Shown: positions 13,271 through 26,080 of the stretch, in pieces
Numbering within the stretch: position 1 is the stretch's first letter
Layout: the number at the start of each line of letters is the position of its first letter
DNA from: Octopus sinensis
Taxonomy: Eukaryota
Direction: 5' to 3'
Length of the DNA stretch: 54,355 bases
Assembly (NCBI RefSeq): GCF_006345805.1
Contig: NW_021833776.1
Span: forward strand, 1 to 54,355
Translations under genes and position numbers: made by a program
The notes under the pieces: generated by a model
Seen by the model: the letters and a program-made list of their open reading frames with translations, nothing else
The model's database searches: none
What the model was told of the DNA's origin: nothing

Positions 13271-14042
13271 ACACCACCCTGTACTTAACTCCATGTCCCC
13301 CTACATGGCCTTGCTATTTGCTTTTGAGCCAAATTAACTAACTAACTAACTAACTAACCCCAGTAGTTTACTGGCATTTTATTTTATCGACTCCGGAGAG
13401 ATGATTTTAAAGTTGGCGTCTATGGTCTCAGAACTCGGGATGTTTTAAAGTGAAAGGAGAAATTAGGTGAAACATTTTCCGACGCTTTAACGATTTTGCC
13501 AGCTCACAGCTTAAATTCTGATTTAAGCGCATGAGCAAATATCATGAGACAGAGTTTACTCGATACCACCGCACCTTCTTTTATTGATCCCCGGAGGGAT
13601 AAGAGGCAAAGTTAACCCGGACAGGATTTGAACTCGGAATGTAAAGAGACGGAATGAATGCTGCGAGCTACTTCCGGTGCCCAATTATTTTGAATGAACA
13701 CAAACGATTTTTCACTAAATTGAGAACAGATTTAAGAAGAATGTTGTATTGTCCGAACCTTCTAAACTTTAAACATTTATCATGGAGTGTGGGTGTGTGT
13801 GTGTGTGTGTGTGTACGTTTGCATGTGTGTGAGAGAAAGAGAAAGAATGAGAGAAAGAGAGAGAACGATTGAAAAAGCGAGAGAAAGAGCGTGAGAAATA
13901 GAGAGTGAGAAAGGGGCATATGTTTGTGTTTTTGCGTGTAAGAGAGACTGTGCTTGTGTGTAAGAGAAAGAGAGAGTGTGTGTACATGTGTGTGAATGTA
14001 TGTGCATGTGTGTACGTAAGAGTGTGCGCGCGCGTACCTTCA

Positions 14043-14555
14043 TATCAGGTTGTCAGGTACATTCGTCCGTTTATTTTTATCCAAAAGTTAACACCAAAAT
14101 TTTTTATCGTACTGCTATGGCTTTCTTTTCATTTTTTTTAACTCTTCAACAGCTTTTGCTTATCGTTTGGGGAATTTCAATAAATTGTACCCCCTTTCAA
14201 GATATATGACAATGGTGTGTTAAGAAGAAAAAAGATGAGCATTTTCGACACCCGCTTCTTTTCTCTTTCACTCAAAATTCCAGAGCTAGCAGAGCCGCTT
14301 GAGAGAAGTCTCCAAAGCTGCCAAGCAGCTTGAGAAGTGCACAGAAATGGTTTTCACCCTTCAAGGAGGGGAAATTCGACCTCACAGAATTTCCGTGTTC
14401 CGGCCGACCCGTCTACTTTAATGAAAATCAGTTGAACCAACCCATATCCACCAGGGAATTAGCTCAGCAGATGGGCTTTTATGATACTATCACCTGTCAC
14501 CTTCACTCGAGGAGTAAGGTCGAAATACTCGGTTCATGGATGTCGCACTCTCTAT
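14043..14555 (+). mobile_element. mariner transposon 5' end (TIR plus HTH-coding fragment)
   Basis: TA-TCAGGTTG terminus; KDEHFRH start motif; AQKWFSPFKEGKFDLTEFPCSGRP...STRELAQQMG...HLHSRSKVEILGSW, matching the mariner DNA-binding domain. Confidence 0.75.
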
Positions 14556-14626
14556 ACAACGAAGAGAAACACAACGCACCTCTATCACGACCAGCCTGTA
14601 CGCTCGACAACAGACTACTCTTGGAC

Positions 14627-14671
<45 letters not shown>

Positions 14672-16807
14672 CCTTGTCTCCATTGTTTTCTATCTCTATT
14701 TATGACTCTTCATCTACGTCTAACACGACGTCCTTATGCCAAAGTCGTTTGAACAGTCATAGACAAACTGCAGTCTGAATGATTGAATAACATACCTACC
14801 ATTAAATTATCTTGAATTTTTTTAGTAGTGCGGCCCACCTGATAATGAGCCATGTCTCATGCGGCCTGTATCTCGATAAAGGTTGTCCATTCCAGTGTTA
14901 GCACATCGGACAGAATGCAAAATAGCATTCGCTCCGACTCCCTGTTCACTGAGTTCAAATTCTACTAAGCTCAATTCATCTCTCAATCTTTAAGATCGTT
15001 AAATAAAGTACCAGGCCAGTATCGAAGTCCTTTCTTTATCCTGCCTCTTTCTCTCTGAAACAAACGCTTATATTCAAACCTGGAGAAAGAAATGCATTCT
15101 GCCATGTTAAAATGGCCCCTACAAGCCTTGTGTCATGACGCCGCCCTCTACATCTCCATCATGATTCAAGTCCCAATCCGCCCACATGCATACACACACA
15201 TACCCAAGTACTTGGTTTGTTCTTTCTTTTGACATTTACACCAGTTTTTTCTTGCTAGTTGAAGGCGAAAAGTGACAAAAAATAGTAGAGCGCCAGATAA
15301 AATACTACACAATGTTCAAACCTTTCTGTCCCTGTACGTTCAGGGATCAAATCCGACCAGTGCCGAGTTCTGTTGTTTATTACCCCCAGGATAACAGATA
15401 TTTCTTCTGGGTGAGTTGATTCTTTCGACTGTACCACTCCTCTTCAATTTTCATATCTTTGTGCCAATGTAAGAAATCAATATATACATCGCGTTCTTTC
15501 TCTGTCTTGCTGTACCTTCCCACCCTCCTGTGTATCTTTATCTGTATATTTATGTAGCTTGTTATCGACTGCTATATCTATGTCTGTTTGTCTTCCCCCG
15601 TGCCCCATCTCTCAAAGGATTCTTCCCCTTCCTTCCTCTTACACTGCTTGTGTTGGTCGTGTAAAATCTGCTCGGATGGCGACGTAACTGACACGGAACA
15701 TAAAGCCTACATTAACGGCAATTTCCGAAAAACAACCAGTGCCCCGCCATTAACACACACACAACACACACACATACATACAAATATAAACAAATACACG
15801 CATTACAAATCAAATATATATAGGCATTACACATGTACATTATACACGCACATTACACACGACATCATTCGATGTTCCGGAAAATAATATTACTGAATGA
15901 AAGGCGAAAGTCATTTCTCCGTGACTTCCCGTCAAAATAAAAATTAAAAAATGAAGGACAAAGTCGTCTGGTATTTTTTGTTAGTGTAACATACGACTTG
16001 TGAGAGCTCTCTACAGAGTAAACTAGAGGAAGGACTAAGGAAAAAGGAAGAGAATTGTTATAATATGCTTAGTGGCTAATTTGTAGAGAATTGGGGGTGA
16101 ATTTCAGGAGCATAGTAGATGCATTAGAGCCGGGAAGACTGTTGTATATTGTTTCTTGTTATTATGTTGGTGGTGATGATAGAGTAAGCTGGGGGTAAAG
16201 ATGGGAAACTAATATGATGCGTGTGTTTAATGTTATTTAAAACATCAGTTCTCCTGTTCTATCAATCAGATGGCTGTAAAATCTCTAAACTATATTGGTG
16301 GTGGGTAAGCTAATTACGGGTGATGATGATGGTGACGACGACGATCGTGATGGAGGAGGAGAAGGAGGAGGGGAGGTGGTAGTACCAGAAAGCAGTTTAC
16401 TAGAGGATGTCGAAGAAAAAGGCGAGGCCAATCGGTTTTTGATTCGATTAAGAGACATTGAGTTATAAAAAAGGTGGAGGATATGGCTGGAGAGGGAGGA
16501 ATAAAACCATAAAAGACCAAGAAATTCGAAGATGAAGAGGAATCGTTATGGTGGAAGTTCATTGCAGTAATAAAAAATAGAACAAGCCATAACAGATAAT
16601 GATGTAGTTGATGATGATAATGATGTTAATTAGTAATGGTGTTGGTGGAGGTGGTGGTGATAGTGATGGTAGTAACAATAACGATGACGGTGATGGTGAA
16701 TTACAATAGTAATTAAGGTTTAGACGATGTATTATTGTGGTGCCGTTAGTGATGTGGTTGCGGTGATAGCAATGGTAAATACGTTGTTGTTGTTGTTGTC
16801 GTTGGCG

Positions 16808-17381
16808 TGGTGGTGTTGGTTTTGCTGGTGGTGGTGGTGGTGCTGTTGGTGTTGGTGTTGGTGGTGTTGGTGTTGGTGTTGGTGGTGTTGTTGTTGGTGT
16901 TGGTTTTGGTGGTGTTGGTGTTGGTGGTGTTGGTGTTGGTGTTGGATTGGTGGTGTTGGTTTTGGTGGTGGTGGTGGTGGTGGTGGTGTTGGTGTTGGAT
17001 TGGTGGTGTTGGTGGTGTTGGTGTTGGTGTTGGATTGGTGGTGTTGGTTTTGGTGGTGTTGGTGGTGTTGGTGTTGGATTGGTGGTGTTGGTTTTGGTGG
17101 TGGTGGTGGTGGTGGTGGTGGTGTTGGTGGTGGTGGTGCTGTTGGTGTTGGTGTTGGTGGTGTTGGTGTTGGTGTTGGTGGTGTTGGTGTTGGTGTTGGT
17201 GTTGGTGGTGTTGTTGTTGGTGTTGGTTTTGGTGGTGGTGGTGGTGGTGGTGCTGTTGGTGTTGGTGTTGGTGTTGGTGTTGGTGGTGTTGGTGTTGGTG
17301 GTGTTGTTGTTGGTGTTGGTTTTGGTGGTGGTGGTGGTGGTGGTGGTGGTGGTGGTGGTGGTGGTGGGTGGTGGTGGTGGT
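16808..17381. repeat. Compound (GGT)/(GGTGTT) repeat with higher-order units
   Basis: Direct reading; recurrent GGTGTTGGTGTTGGATTGGTGGTGTTGGTTTTGGTGG blocks. Confidence 0.9.
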
Positions 17382-17843
17382 TAGTTAGTGAGTGTTAGAA
17401 TGGGAATTGAAAGTAAGTGCTCTAGCAACCACTATTCACTATTGCGGTACTTGTTTGGGGGTAAAGATGGTTGTTGTAATAATGGTACTAGTGATCATCG
17501 GAGTGATAATAATATTGATTGTTGTGGTTGTAATGGTGGTTGTGATTGTGTTATTGGTGGTTGTGGCGGTGGTGGTGATGGTAGTAGCTATGATTTTAGA
17601 ACGATGCGAAAAATAATGGTGTTCATTTTTAATGGCTGATATTGTTTATAGCACCTAGTCAATCCTAATAAAGCAAACCTATATTCAGAGACTCTCCAGC
17701 CGTGAGCAACTCGTCTTTTCTATGTATGAGCAAGGTAACCTGATTACACATTATCCAAAGTGTCTTTTTCAGGACATTAGGATATGAATTGAGGGAGACT
17801 TTGGCTGCTATCTCTTAACAAGTCGAGCGGCTAATAGATAGCA

Positions 17844-18037
17844 GTGGTGGTGGTTTTGGCGGTGGCGGCGGTGGTAGTGGTGGTGGTGGTTTTGGTGGTG
17901 GTGGTGGTGGTGGTGGTGGTGGAGGCGGCGGCGGTGGCGGCGGCGGTGGCGGCGGCGGTGGCGGCGGCGGTGGCGGCGGCGGTGGCGGCGGCGGTGGCGG
18001 CGGCGGCGGTGGCGGCGGCGGTGGCGGCGGCGGTAGC
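17844..18037. repeat. (GGT)n followed by (GGCGGCGGTGGC)n repeat
   Basis: Direct reading. Confidence 0.9.
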
Positions 18038-18647
18038 GTGTTAATGATGGCCACGATAGTGTCCTTGCACAGAGATAGAGATGAAGGAGAAGAAGAGGGA
18101 GAAATTATGGATCATCCTCTCTCTCTCTCTCTTCGTCTCTCTCACGCGCGCGCGCGCAACCCCTCTCTTCTTGCCTCTCCTTTACTCTCGCTCCTCCCCA
18201 TCAATAAAATGAGGAGGACATGGATAAACAGACAGAAAGAGGGGCTGACAACTCACAAGGGGCTATGTATTGGCGCCGGGCTATTATCGTTGCGCCGGCT
18301 GTCGATATTGTTGCAGAGAAACAATTTATCATTTAACCCTTCATTATAGATACACCTTCCCACCTCCAACCCGCCCCCCAGTTGTTACCCACTCACACCC
18401 TACCCGAACAACTATTCTATCTATCCATCCATCCATCCATCCATCCACACATCCTACCAACCACTGTACCCTCCCTTGCAATCAGACCTTAATGGGAAGA
18501 AGGGGACAGCGCTTTAAACGGCAATCGGAAAGAGAAGAGGGGTTGGAAAGAGATGAAAAAACCACAAAGATGGATGGGATGGAAAGGGGTAGGGGAGCTA
18601 AGAGCGTAGGGAAGGATGATGGGGAGAGAGGTGGAGGAGAGAGAGAA

Positions 18648-19389
18648 TGAGTGAGTGAGTGAGTGAGTGAGTGAGTGAGTGAGTGAGTGAGCGAGTGAGT
18701 GAGTGAGCGAGTGAGTGAGTGAGCGAGTGAGCGAGTGAGTGAGTGAGCGAGTGAGTGAGTGAGTGAGTGAGTGAGTGAGTGAGCGAGCGAGTGAGTGAGT
18801 GAGTGAGTGAGTGAGTGAGTGAGTGGGTGAGTGAGTGAGTGAGTGAGTGAGTGAATGAGTGAGTGAGCGAGTGAGTGAGTGAGTGAGCGAGCGAGTGAGT
18901 GAGTGAGTGAGTGAGTGGGTGGGTGAGTAAGTGAGTGAGTGAGTGAGTGAGTGAGTGAGTGAGCGAGTGAGCGAGTGAGTGAGCGAGTGAGTGAGTGAGT
19001 GAGTGAGTGAGAGTGAGTGAGTGAGTGAGCGAGTGAGTGAGTGAGCGAGTGAGTGAGTGAGCGAGTGAGTGAGTGAGTGAGTGAGCGAGTGAGTGAGTGA
19101 GTGAGTGAGTGAGTGAGTGAGTGAGCGAGCGAGTGAGTGAGCGAGCGAGTGAGTGAGTGAGTGAGTGAGTGAGAGTGAGTGAGTGAGTGAGTGAGTGAAT
19201 GAGTGAGTGAGCGAGTGAGTGAGTGAGTGAGCGAGCGAGTGAGTGAGTGAGTGAGTGAGTGAGTGAGTGAGTGGTGAGTGAGTGAGTGAGTGAGTGAGTG
19301 AGTGAGTGAGTGAGCGAGTGAGTGAGTGAGTGAGCGAGTGAGTGAGTGAGTGAGTGAGTGAGTGAGTGAGTGAGTGAGTGAGTGAGTGA
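18648..19389. repeat. (GAGT)n tetranucleotide array, ~740 bp, with GAGC variants
   Basis: Direct reading; source of the LTHS-repeat ORFs. Confidence 0.95.
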
Positions 19390-20420
19390 ATAGCGAAGCC
19401 GAGAGGAGAGGAATAAATAAGGAAGAACGAACGCAAAAAAGAGGAAGTGAGAGGAAAAAGAGAGAAATTTGGGGATATAGTAAGAGGAGAATAGTAGAGA
19501 ATGAGAGTGAGAATAAAAGAGAAAGGAAGAAGTGAAGAGGAGAGACCGACAAAGAGAGAGAGAGACAAAGGAGATAGAGTGATGATTTAAGGAGAAGTGA
19601 AGAAGCGTGAATGGATGAAGGACGAGGGGAAACGAGAGCGAAGTGGAACGAAGGTTTGGGAGGAGGGAAAGGTCTAAAGAAAATTGGACGGAGAAAAATA
19701 GAGAACGAGAGCAAAAGCAAGGAGAGACAGATAGACCGATGTAAAAGAGAAAAGTAAAATCAAGGATGAAATTATGGCGGCAGAGGGGAAGTAAAAAAAG
19801 AACACGCTTTAAAATGTGCTGGGGACAAGAGAAAGAACAAAAGAATGATAATAGTGGTTGTTTAATAACGATGATAATTAGATGCGGTCGTTGTTTCGTA
19901 TACTCATCTTTATTTCTCGTCAATAGATGGTGGGTTTGTTGTATGACCAGATAAACTTCCATTAACAATCTTTATACAATGACAGAGAGAGAGAGAGAAA
20001 GAGAGAAGTGAGGAATGAAGGAGAGAGAAAGAGAGAGACGGAGAGAGGCAGACAAGCAGACAGACTGGCCGACAGACAGACAGACAGACAGACAGACGGC
20101 AGACAGATTGACAGACAAACTGATAACGGTTGTCCACCTCATCAAAAGTCAATTGAAAAGACAGTAAAGTGGCAGAGCGATGGACTGAATTGGCTTCCAG
20201 TTATGTTCCAGGATAGTCCGTGTATTTATTTATCTGGTTAATTGTTTAAGCCTAGGTCAGCCCTGATAGATCTTATTTTATATCAAAGGTAAACCAACCG
20301 GGACATCCTTTCTATTATTCGGCCATAGTGTGTCTTGGAATACACAATTCAATGTCCATGGGTTGACGATAATGTAGCTCTAGCTAGCTCTAAAAGACGG
20401 GATTGTCACAACTGGAATAT

Positions 20421-20642
20421 TATTCTTTACTACCCACAAGGGGCTAAACACAGAGGGGACAAACAAGGACAGACAAACGGATCAAGTCGATTACATCGAC
20501 CCCAGTGCGTAACTGGTACTTAATCTATCGACCCCGAAAGGATGAAAGGCAAAGTCGACCTCGGCGGAATTTGAACTCAGAACGTAACGCCAGACGAAAT
20601 ACGGCTACGCATTTCGCCCGGCGTGCTAACGTTTCTGCCAGC
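20421..20642 (-). mobile_element. Same SINE family, nearly full copy
   Basis: Match to 2201-2427 and 9564-9796. Confidence 0.8.
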
Positions 20643-21050
20643 AACTGGAATAATTTTGGTAAAAGGTTTGCTCAACTGAGGATGACTTGAGGCTAAATAA
20701 CAACAGGAGGATTACGTTTCTTCGGGTTTTTCAATTCCCTCCAATATTTAGTTCAGTCTTCCTACGCCATGAGTTCAAATCCAGTTGTTGCTTAATCTCA
20801 GCCCAGGACCATTATTCTTTTATTTTTTTATCTTTTTTTTTTACTTCCGATCATTGAATTAAGGTCATACTTCTTTCATCGATCTCTATTCGCCGAATCA
20901 TTAAATTACAGAACAAGCACAAAACCATTAATTTTGAATGGGGAGGGTTAGTCGACAGAACTTAGTATTTCACTGGTATCTTATTTTATTGCCTTTCAGC
21001 TCCCTGGGGTTGATCAAAAAACAAGTACCAGTCAAATCGACCAATCAAAC

Positions 21051-21170
<120 letters not shown>

Positions 21171-22650
21171 TCTTTCTTTATTGAACACCAAGGTCGAACA
21201 CAAAACATAGAGGATGATACACAAACGAAGGACAGTGAGGTTAAACGTGTGAACAGCCAACAAACACAACGATTAACAAAGAGATCAATTCAATAATAAG
21301 CTTCCCCAACAGGGGGAGAGTTCCACCGTAAGGTGACCAAAGAGACCTCACGCGCTTTGGACCCCTTAACACCAAAGACTCCTCAGGAAAGCACTCTCTC
21401 TTCTTCCTTTTTTCCGGCCTACAGACCCACTTACAGCAGGCCCATTCACGCGGGCCATTCTTGCCACATTCAACCACCTTTCATCGAACTTACTGGGTGA
21501 CAGTATCCCCCACTCCAACCTCAATTACTTTTTCAGGTGGAACCTGAAAAAGTCAATGAGGCCTTGGCCCAGGAGGAAGGTACCTGTCATCAAACATTTC
21601 AATCGCATCCACCACACAATCTCTTTTGCCATGGCCACCAGTCAGAGAAAAATTACCCTCCCTTCCCGGCCAAAGGAAGGAGGGAGGGTGATCTTCTCAA
21701 TGGACTCGGACGATAGCCGGATCCGCCCTACACATAACAATAACTGTTCGACAAAGCTCCACAAGTCAGCAATGCGCGGACATTGCATGAGAGCATGCAG
21801 AACGGTTTCATCGCTCCGCGTGCATCTCAGACAAGCCCGACTGACTGCACACCCGTGCCTGTAGAGCTTACCACGAACCGGCAGTGCCTCCCAGTAGCAC
21901 TACTAGGCCAAGGATTTCTGGAAGTTATCCGTAGTTCCCAGTCCGAACGTCCTCCGAAAGAGACCAGCCAGTTAATTCCCCTCGACTCCCAGGACTTCTC
22001 CGAATACGTTGTCATACTTGCCCGCCACTGATCCCCTATAGAACTCTAAGGTGAAACTTTCACCAACTGCATTATCGATAGGCCGAGGGCTGTGAGCACT
22101 TGGAGACACTCTAGGTGCCAAGCGCCCTGCCTCGGTCTACGCCTGATCCAGGACTGTCGCTCCGTCAACAGGACGAGCTGCGGAAAATCACGTTCAACAA
22201 ATAATGGCGACCACACCTGCTCACCGTTAAAGTATAACTGGAAATGTAGCAGTGTCAGCACATGTCTGTGCATCCTCAGCCACGGCATGCCCAGCCCTCC
22301 ATGCAACGGGTGCTGACATCAAATGGACCATCTGACAAGCGGTACCTGACGACAGTCAAGTGGTAGTATATGACGGATGCGATGTACGTATTTGCCACCT
22401 CTGCCCGACCTTTCAGGGACAGCCTCCTCTCGACCTATTTCTGGGTGAGACTGACCACCCTGTCTGTAATCTCGCCCCAGTTCTTGTCGATTTGGAAATC
22501 TGGACCAAACCAGACCCCGAGCAACTTAACAGGTCTTTCCGTCCAACGCCCCACAACGCTGTCGATTGACACGAACCTGCCTCACCAGGTGCCAAGCTGC
22601 AGGCCCACTGACTTCTCCTGGTTGGTCATTACTCCTGTCACCACTTCATA
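21171..22650 (-). mobile_element. Tx1/L1-type LINE 3' fragment (end of RT, thumb and C-terminal zinc-binding region), degenerate
   Basis: Minus-strand pieces ...NQEKSVGLQLGTW...VKLLGVWFGPD...NW and HGGLGMPWL; AATAAA before an (ATT)n tract. Confidence 0.75.
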
Positions 22651-22660
22651 CTCATTATTT

Positions 22661-23029
22661 TTATTACTTCCACCTTAGCGAAAGACGGGGGTATAGTTTC
22701 AGCCGTATTTGTTTGTTTGTCCTTGGACAAGATATCTCAAGAAATGCTGGATGGATTCAGATGAAACTTTCAGGGATATTTGGCTTCGTGACTGGTACGA
22801 ACTGATTAGATTTTAGGATCGATCCGGTACCAGACAAGGATTCTGGATATTTTTTCCTGCTCTTTTACTTAATTTTTGAGAGCGGTCGGGTTCATTGCTA
22901 GCATTCTCGTTTGTGAGAGCAGTCGAGTTTATTTCGGATATTCTCATTTTAAAAATCATCTCTGGCTATTCGTTGAGAGGATATTGGTGTTGCCTTCACG
23001 AAAGTTTGCACTCCCTGAGTGTTCTTGTT
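22661..23029 (+). mobile_element. Non-autonomous Helentron-associated / DINE-1-like element
   Basis: TTATTACTTCCACCTTAGCG start, GTTT microsatellite, GATATCTCAAGAA...GGATGGATT..ATGAAACTT core and ...TTTGCACTCCCTGAGTGTTCTTGTT end match the general DINE/HINE layout, recalled from memory. Confidence 0.55.
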
Positions 23030-23509
23030 ATTATTATCATTATTGTTGTTGTTGTTGTTGTTGCTGATAAGGTGGTGAGCTTGCAGAAATGTTAGCACGC
23101 CGAGCAAAAAATGTTTAGCGGCATTTCGTCCCTCGTCACGATCTGAGTTCAAATTCGGCCGAAGTCGACTTTGCCTTTCATCAGTTCAGTGTCGCTAAAA
23201 TAAGCACCAGTTGAACCCCTCCCCTCAAATATCAGGCCTTGTGCTTATAGTAATAATAATAATCCTTAAAATTATTATTATTATTATTATTATTACTGAG
23301 CTTTTTGAATTCTATTTCTTGAGTTACGCGTTACCAATTATTATTTAAATGTGAAACTCGGAGTTTCAACTCGAGACATCTCAACTAAACCCTAATAAGC
23401 TACACACTCTCTACTCTATGAAATACATACATACATACGTACACACATACATACATACCTACATACATACATACATACAACATACATACATACATACACT
23501 TACAGAAGA

Positions 23510-23905
23510 AGTTGATTATATTGAGACCGATGAGAATTTTGGTGGAACTTAAAATTGAAACAGCCACTAAGTTAAAACACAACCAGCCAGATGTTGTGTT
23601 GGACCACAAGGAAAACATTTGTTCTGTTGTAAAAATCAACTGCCCTCTGGACACCAATGTAGTTTGAAAACAGCAAGAGAAAGTGTACATCTATGGACCA
23701 TTAATAAATAGTTTGCAAATCCAGTACCCATAATGCACATTCAGTTGCATACCTATTATTATGAGAACAACAGGATACATACCAACCCTTCTGGAACAAA
23801 GTATGGCTGAACCTAGAGAGAATGTAAATCCTTAATTCATACATTACAAATGATCACGACATATGGGATTATAAAAATCTGCAAAACCTTCATAAAATGT
23901 AAAGG
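23510..23905 (+). mobile_element. Degenerate RLE-type LINE 3' fragment
   Basis: IETATKLKHNQPDVVLDHKEN...CPLDTNV...IKICKTFIK-like pieces, paralogous to 24290-24660. Confidence 0.55.
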
Positions 23906-24289
23906 GAGATGAACAAAACAAGATGGTTTCCTTCATAACCGTCACAAGTAGGTGACCAGTCAAAATTTACTATAAATTAAAAAGAGAAAGAGAAAAACAT
24001 ACATACAGACAGACTATCTTTGAATATTGTATTCTTCTGTAACATCTTTTAAGCACCAAGTGTCGGAGTGTGTCCCTTGACCCAATTTTGCATACATAAG
24101 GCTGATAACATCATAAGATGAGTAAAACAACTCCTTGAGCAGCATTCCTTGTCTGATAACCTTAAATACATGCCCAAAGAAGCCCCCAACGTATCATCAG
24201 ATGAAAAGATGAGCGTATATCAGCAGAAGACCATGTATAGATATGTTTGCAGAAAGCTCCGAGATGATAGTAACATTGATCATCAAAGT

Positions 24290-24660
24290 AGTTTACCATG
24301 GGCCAACAACTGGATGTAAACATAACAGAGCTGACAGTGATTTGGGATGGAGAAGAGAAACAGTTGCGAAAATCAGCTGCCCATCGGATGTTAACATAAA
24401 GCTGAAGATCAACGAAAAAGAAAAATACCTACGTTGAACAATTGAGAAATCTGCAGATACTCTATCTAGATTACAAGTTCAGGTTTATACCTGTAATTAT
24501 TGAGGCACTAGGATATGTGTCACACTGCCTAAATACCAATCTTGAGAAATTGGGCTTCTCAAAATCAGAAAGGGGAAAGCTGATTCAAAGACTACAGATC
24601 CAATCCATCGGCGGAACTGTAAAAATCTGTAAGATTTTCCAGAAGTTTATCATTTAAATA
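24290..24660 (+). mobile_element. RLE-type LINE 3' fragment
   Basis: CKHNRAD...ISCPSDVNIKLKINEKE and LRNLQILY.DYKFRFIPVIIEALG...GTVKICKIFQKFII*, an RLE C-terminal pattern. Confidence 0.65.
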
Positions 24661-24734
24661 TATATATATAAATATGTCTAGACATGCAACTATGTGCATG
24701 CATAAAAGAAAACATACAAATCTTCACATATACA

Positions 24735-25060
24735 TACATACTCTGTTGTTGATGTTGAAATTCCAAAGAAGGAGCATTGAATTTAGATTAGAAACCGGCT
24801 CTTTCGCTATTGGCAAGAAATCTTGAAATAAAGCTAAGCAATGCCATACATGCATACTTATATACATACATACATACATACATACATACATACATACATA
24901 CATACATACATACATACATACATACATACATACATACATACAAGTATACCCTATTGATATTGTTGAAATACCAATGAAGGAGCCTTGGATTTAGGTTAGA
25001 AACCGGCTCTTTCTCTATTGACAAGAAATCTTGAAATAAAACTGAATTATGTCAAACATA
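24735..25060. repeat. Two diverged ~120-bp direct repeats separated by (TACA)n
   Basis: ...GATTTAGGTTAGAAACCGGCTCTTT..CTATTG.CAAGAAATCTTGAAATAAA occurs at ~24780 and ~24990. Confidence 0.7.
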
Positions 25061-25129
25061 CATACATACATACATACATACATACATACATACATACATA
25101 CATACATACCTACATATATAAACAGTAGA

Positions 25130-26080
25130 CTGAGTAGAATTATCAGGGTTTGTTGAAATAGACTCGTTTCCAAGAATAGAGAAACACTGCCTTAGAAGCT
25201 TTTAATGTTAACATAACAGAAGAATACTTAGAACATCAGGAAGAGACCTTTACCGTTATATCCTTGATTTTAAGAAAGCGTTTAATCATGCATAACATGA
25301 ATCAGTATGGCTCATAATGAAGAAATATAATATCAACGTTGCAATAATAGATCTTATAACAGGCGGCGAGCTGGCAGAAACGTTAGCACGCCAGGCGAAA
25401 TACTTAGCAGTACTTTGTCTGTCCCTACGTTCTAAGTTCAAATTCCGCCGAGGTCGACTTTGCCTTTCATCTTTTCGGGGTCGATTAAATAAGTACCAGT
25501 TACGCACTGGGGTTGATGTAATCGACTTAATGTCCTTGTTTGTCCCCTCTATGTTTAGCCCCCTGTGGGCAATAAGGAAATATATCTTATAAAAATCATT
25601 GTATGACATGCAAAATGTCTGATTTTAATTATAAATTCATCAAACAACTGGTTTAAAACAACAGTTGGTGCCAGATTGGGTTTGTATTTTTCACAATAAA
25701 CCTTCAGTGGATTTCTGTGATATCCACTGACGGAAAAACTTGAATCATTTGAAATATTAATGTAGGTAGCTAAGACTTTAATAATCTCCATTTTGCCCAA
25801 TTTGATATCGGTCTCAGATAAAATGAAAAATACTTAAAGATCTAGCAACTCGTTTTAATACAGGTTCATGAACTGATGGAAAGCAAAGTGCTAAGGAAAA
25901 GATAACTGAAAGCAAAAATTAAAACAGTGAACCCAAATTAAATAACTGTGAAGACGCTCAATCATGTTGATTAAATTTAGTAAGTATCTGGGAAGAACAC
26001 GAACAGAAGATGAGGGATCAAATTAAAAAGTGAAGTGCCAGAACAAATAGTAATTTCAGCTGCCCTGTATGGGTCCGAAT
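25130..26080 (+). mobile_element. Degenerate RTE-type LINE reverse transcriptase fragment interrupted by a SINE
   Basis: EYLEHQE.LYRYILDFKKAF...WLIMKKYNIN before the SINE at 25361-25582; SLYD...NWFKTTVGAR..G and NLHFA after it. Confidence 0.6.
25361..25582 (+). mobile_element. Same SINE family, full copy inserted in the RTE fragment (degenerate copies also near 13570, 14880, 23080, 49870, 50480, 52880, 53360, 53620, 54230)
   Basis: GGCGGCGAGCTGGCAGAAACGTTAGCACGCC...AAGTTCAAATTCCGCCGAGGTCGACTTTGCCTTTCATC. Confidence 0.8.

Larger units (their letters stand above)
9984..13358 (+). mobile_element. CR1-type non-LTR retrotransposon, 5'-truncated inside ORF1, with near-complete ORF2, short 3' UTR and (TAAC)6 tail
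   Basis: ORF1 C-terminus, APE endonuclease motifs (DVIAITETWL, VYRPP, LGDFNAP, SDH), RT motifs (YRPVSLTS, GVPQGSVLGPLLF, LFADD, KDLG) and tandem TAAC tail at 13335-13358. It splits a SINE whose halves join up on either side. Confidence 0.93.

Noticed and set aside
16727-18054. Gly/Val/Trp/Cys-rich and poly-Pro ORFs resembling structural proteins
   Set aside because: Products of GGT/GGC repeats, open in several frames at once, with no splice or start context.
18482-19968. Long ORFs of 359-456 aa (LTHS repeats)
   Set aside because: Translations of the stop-free (ACTC)n microsatellite; no coding signal.
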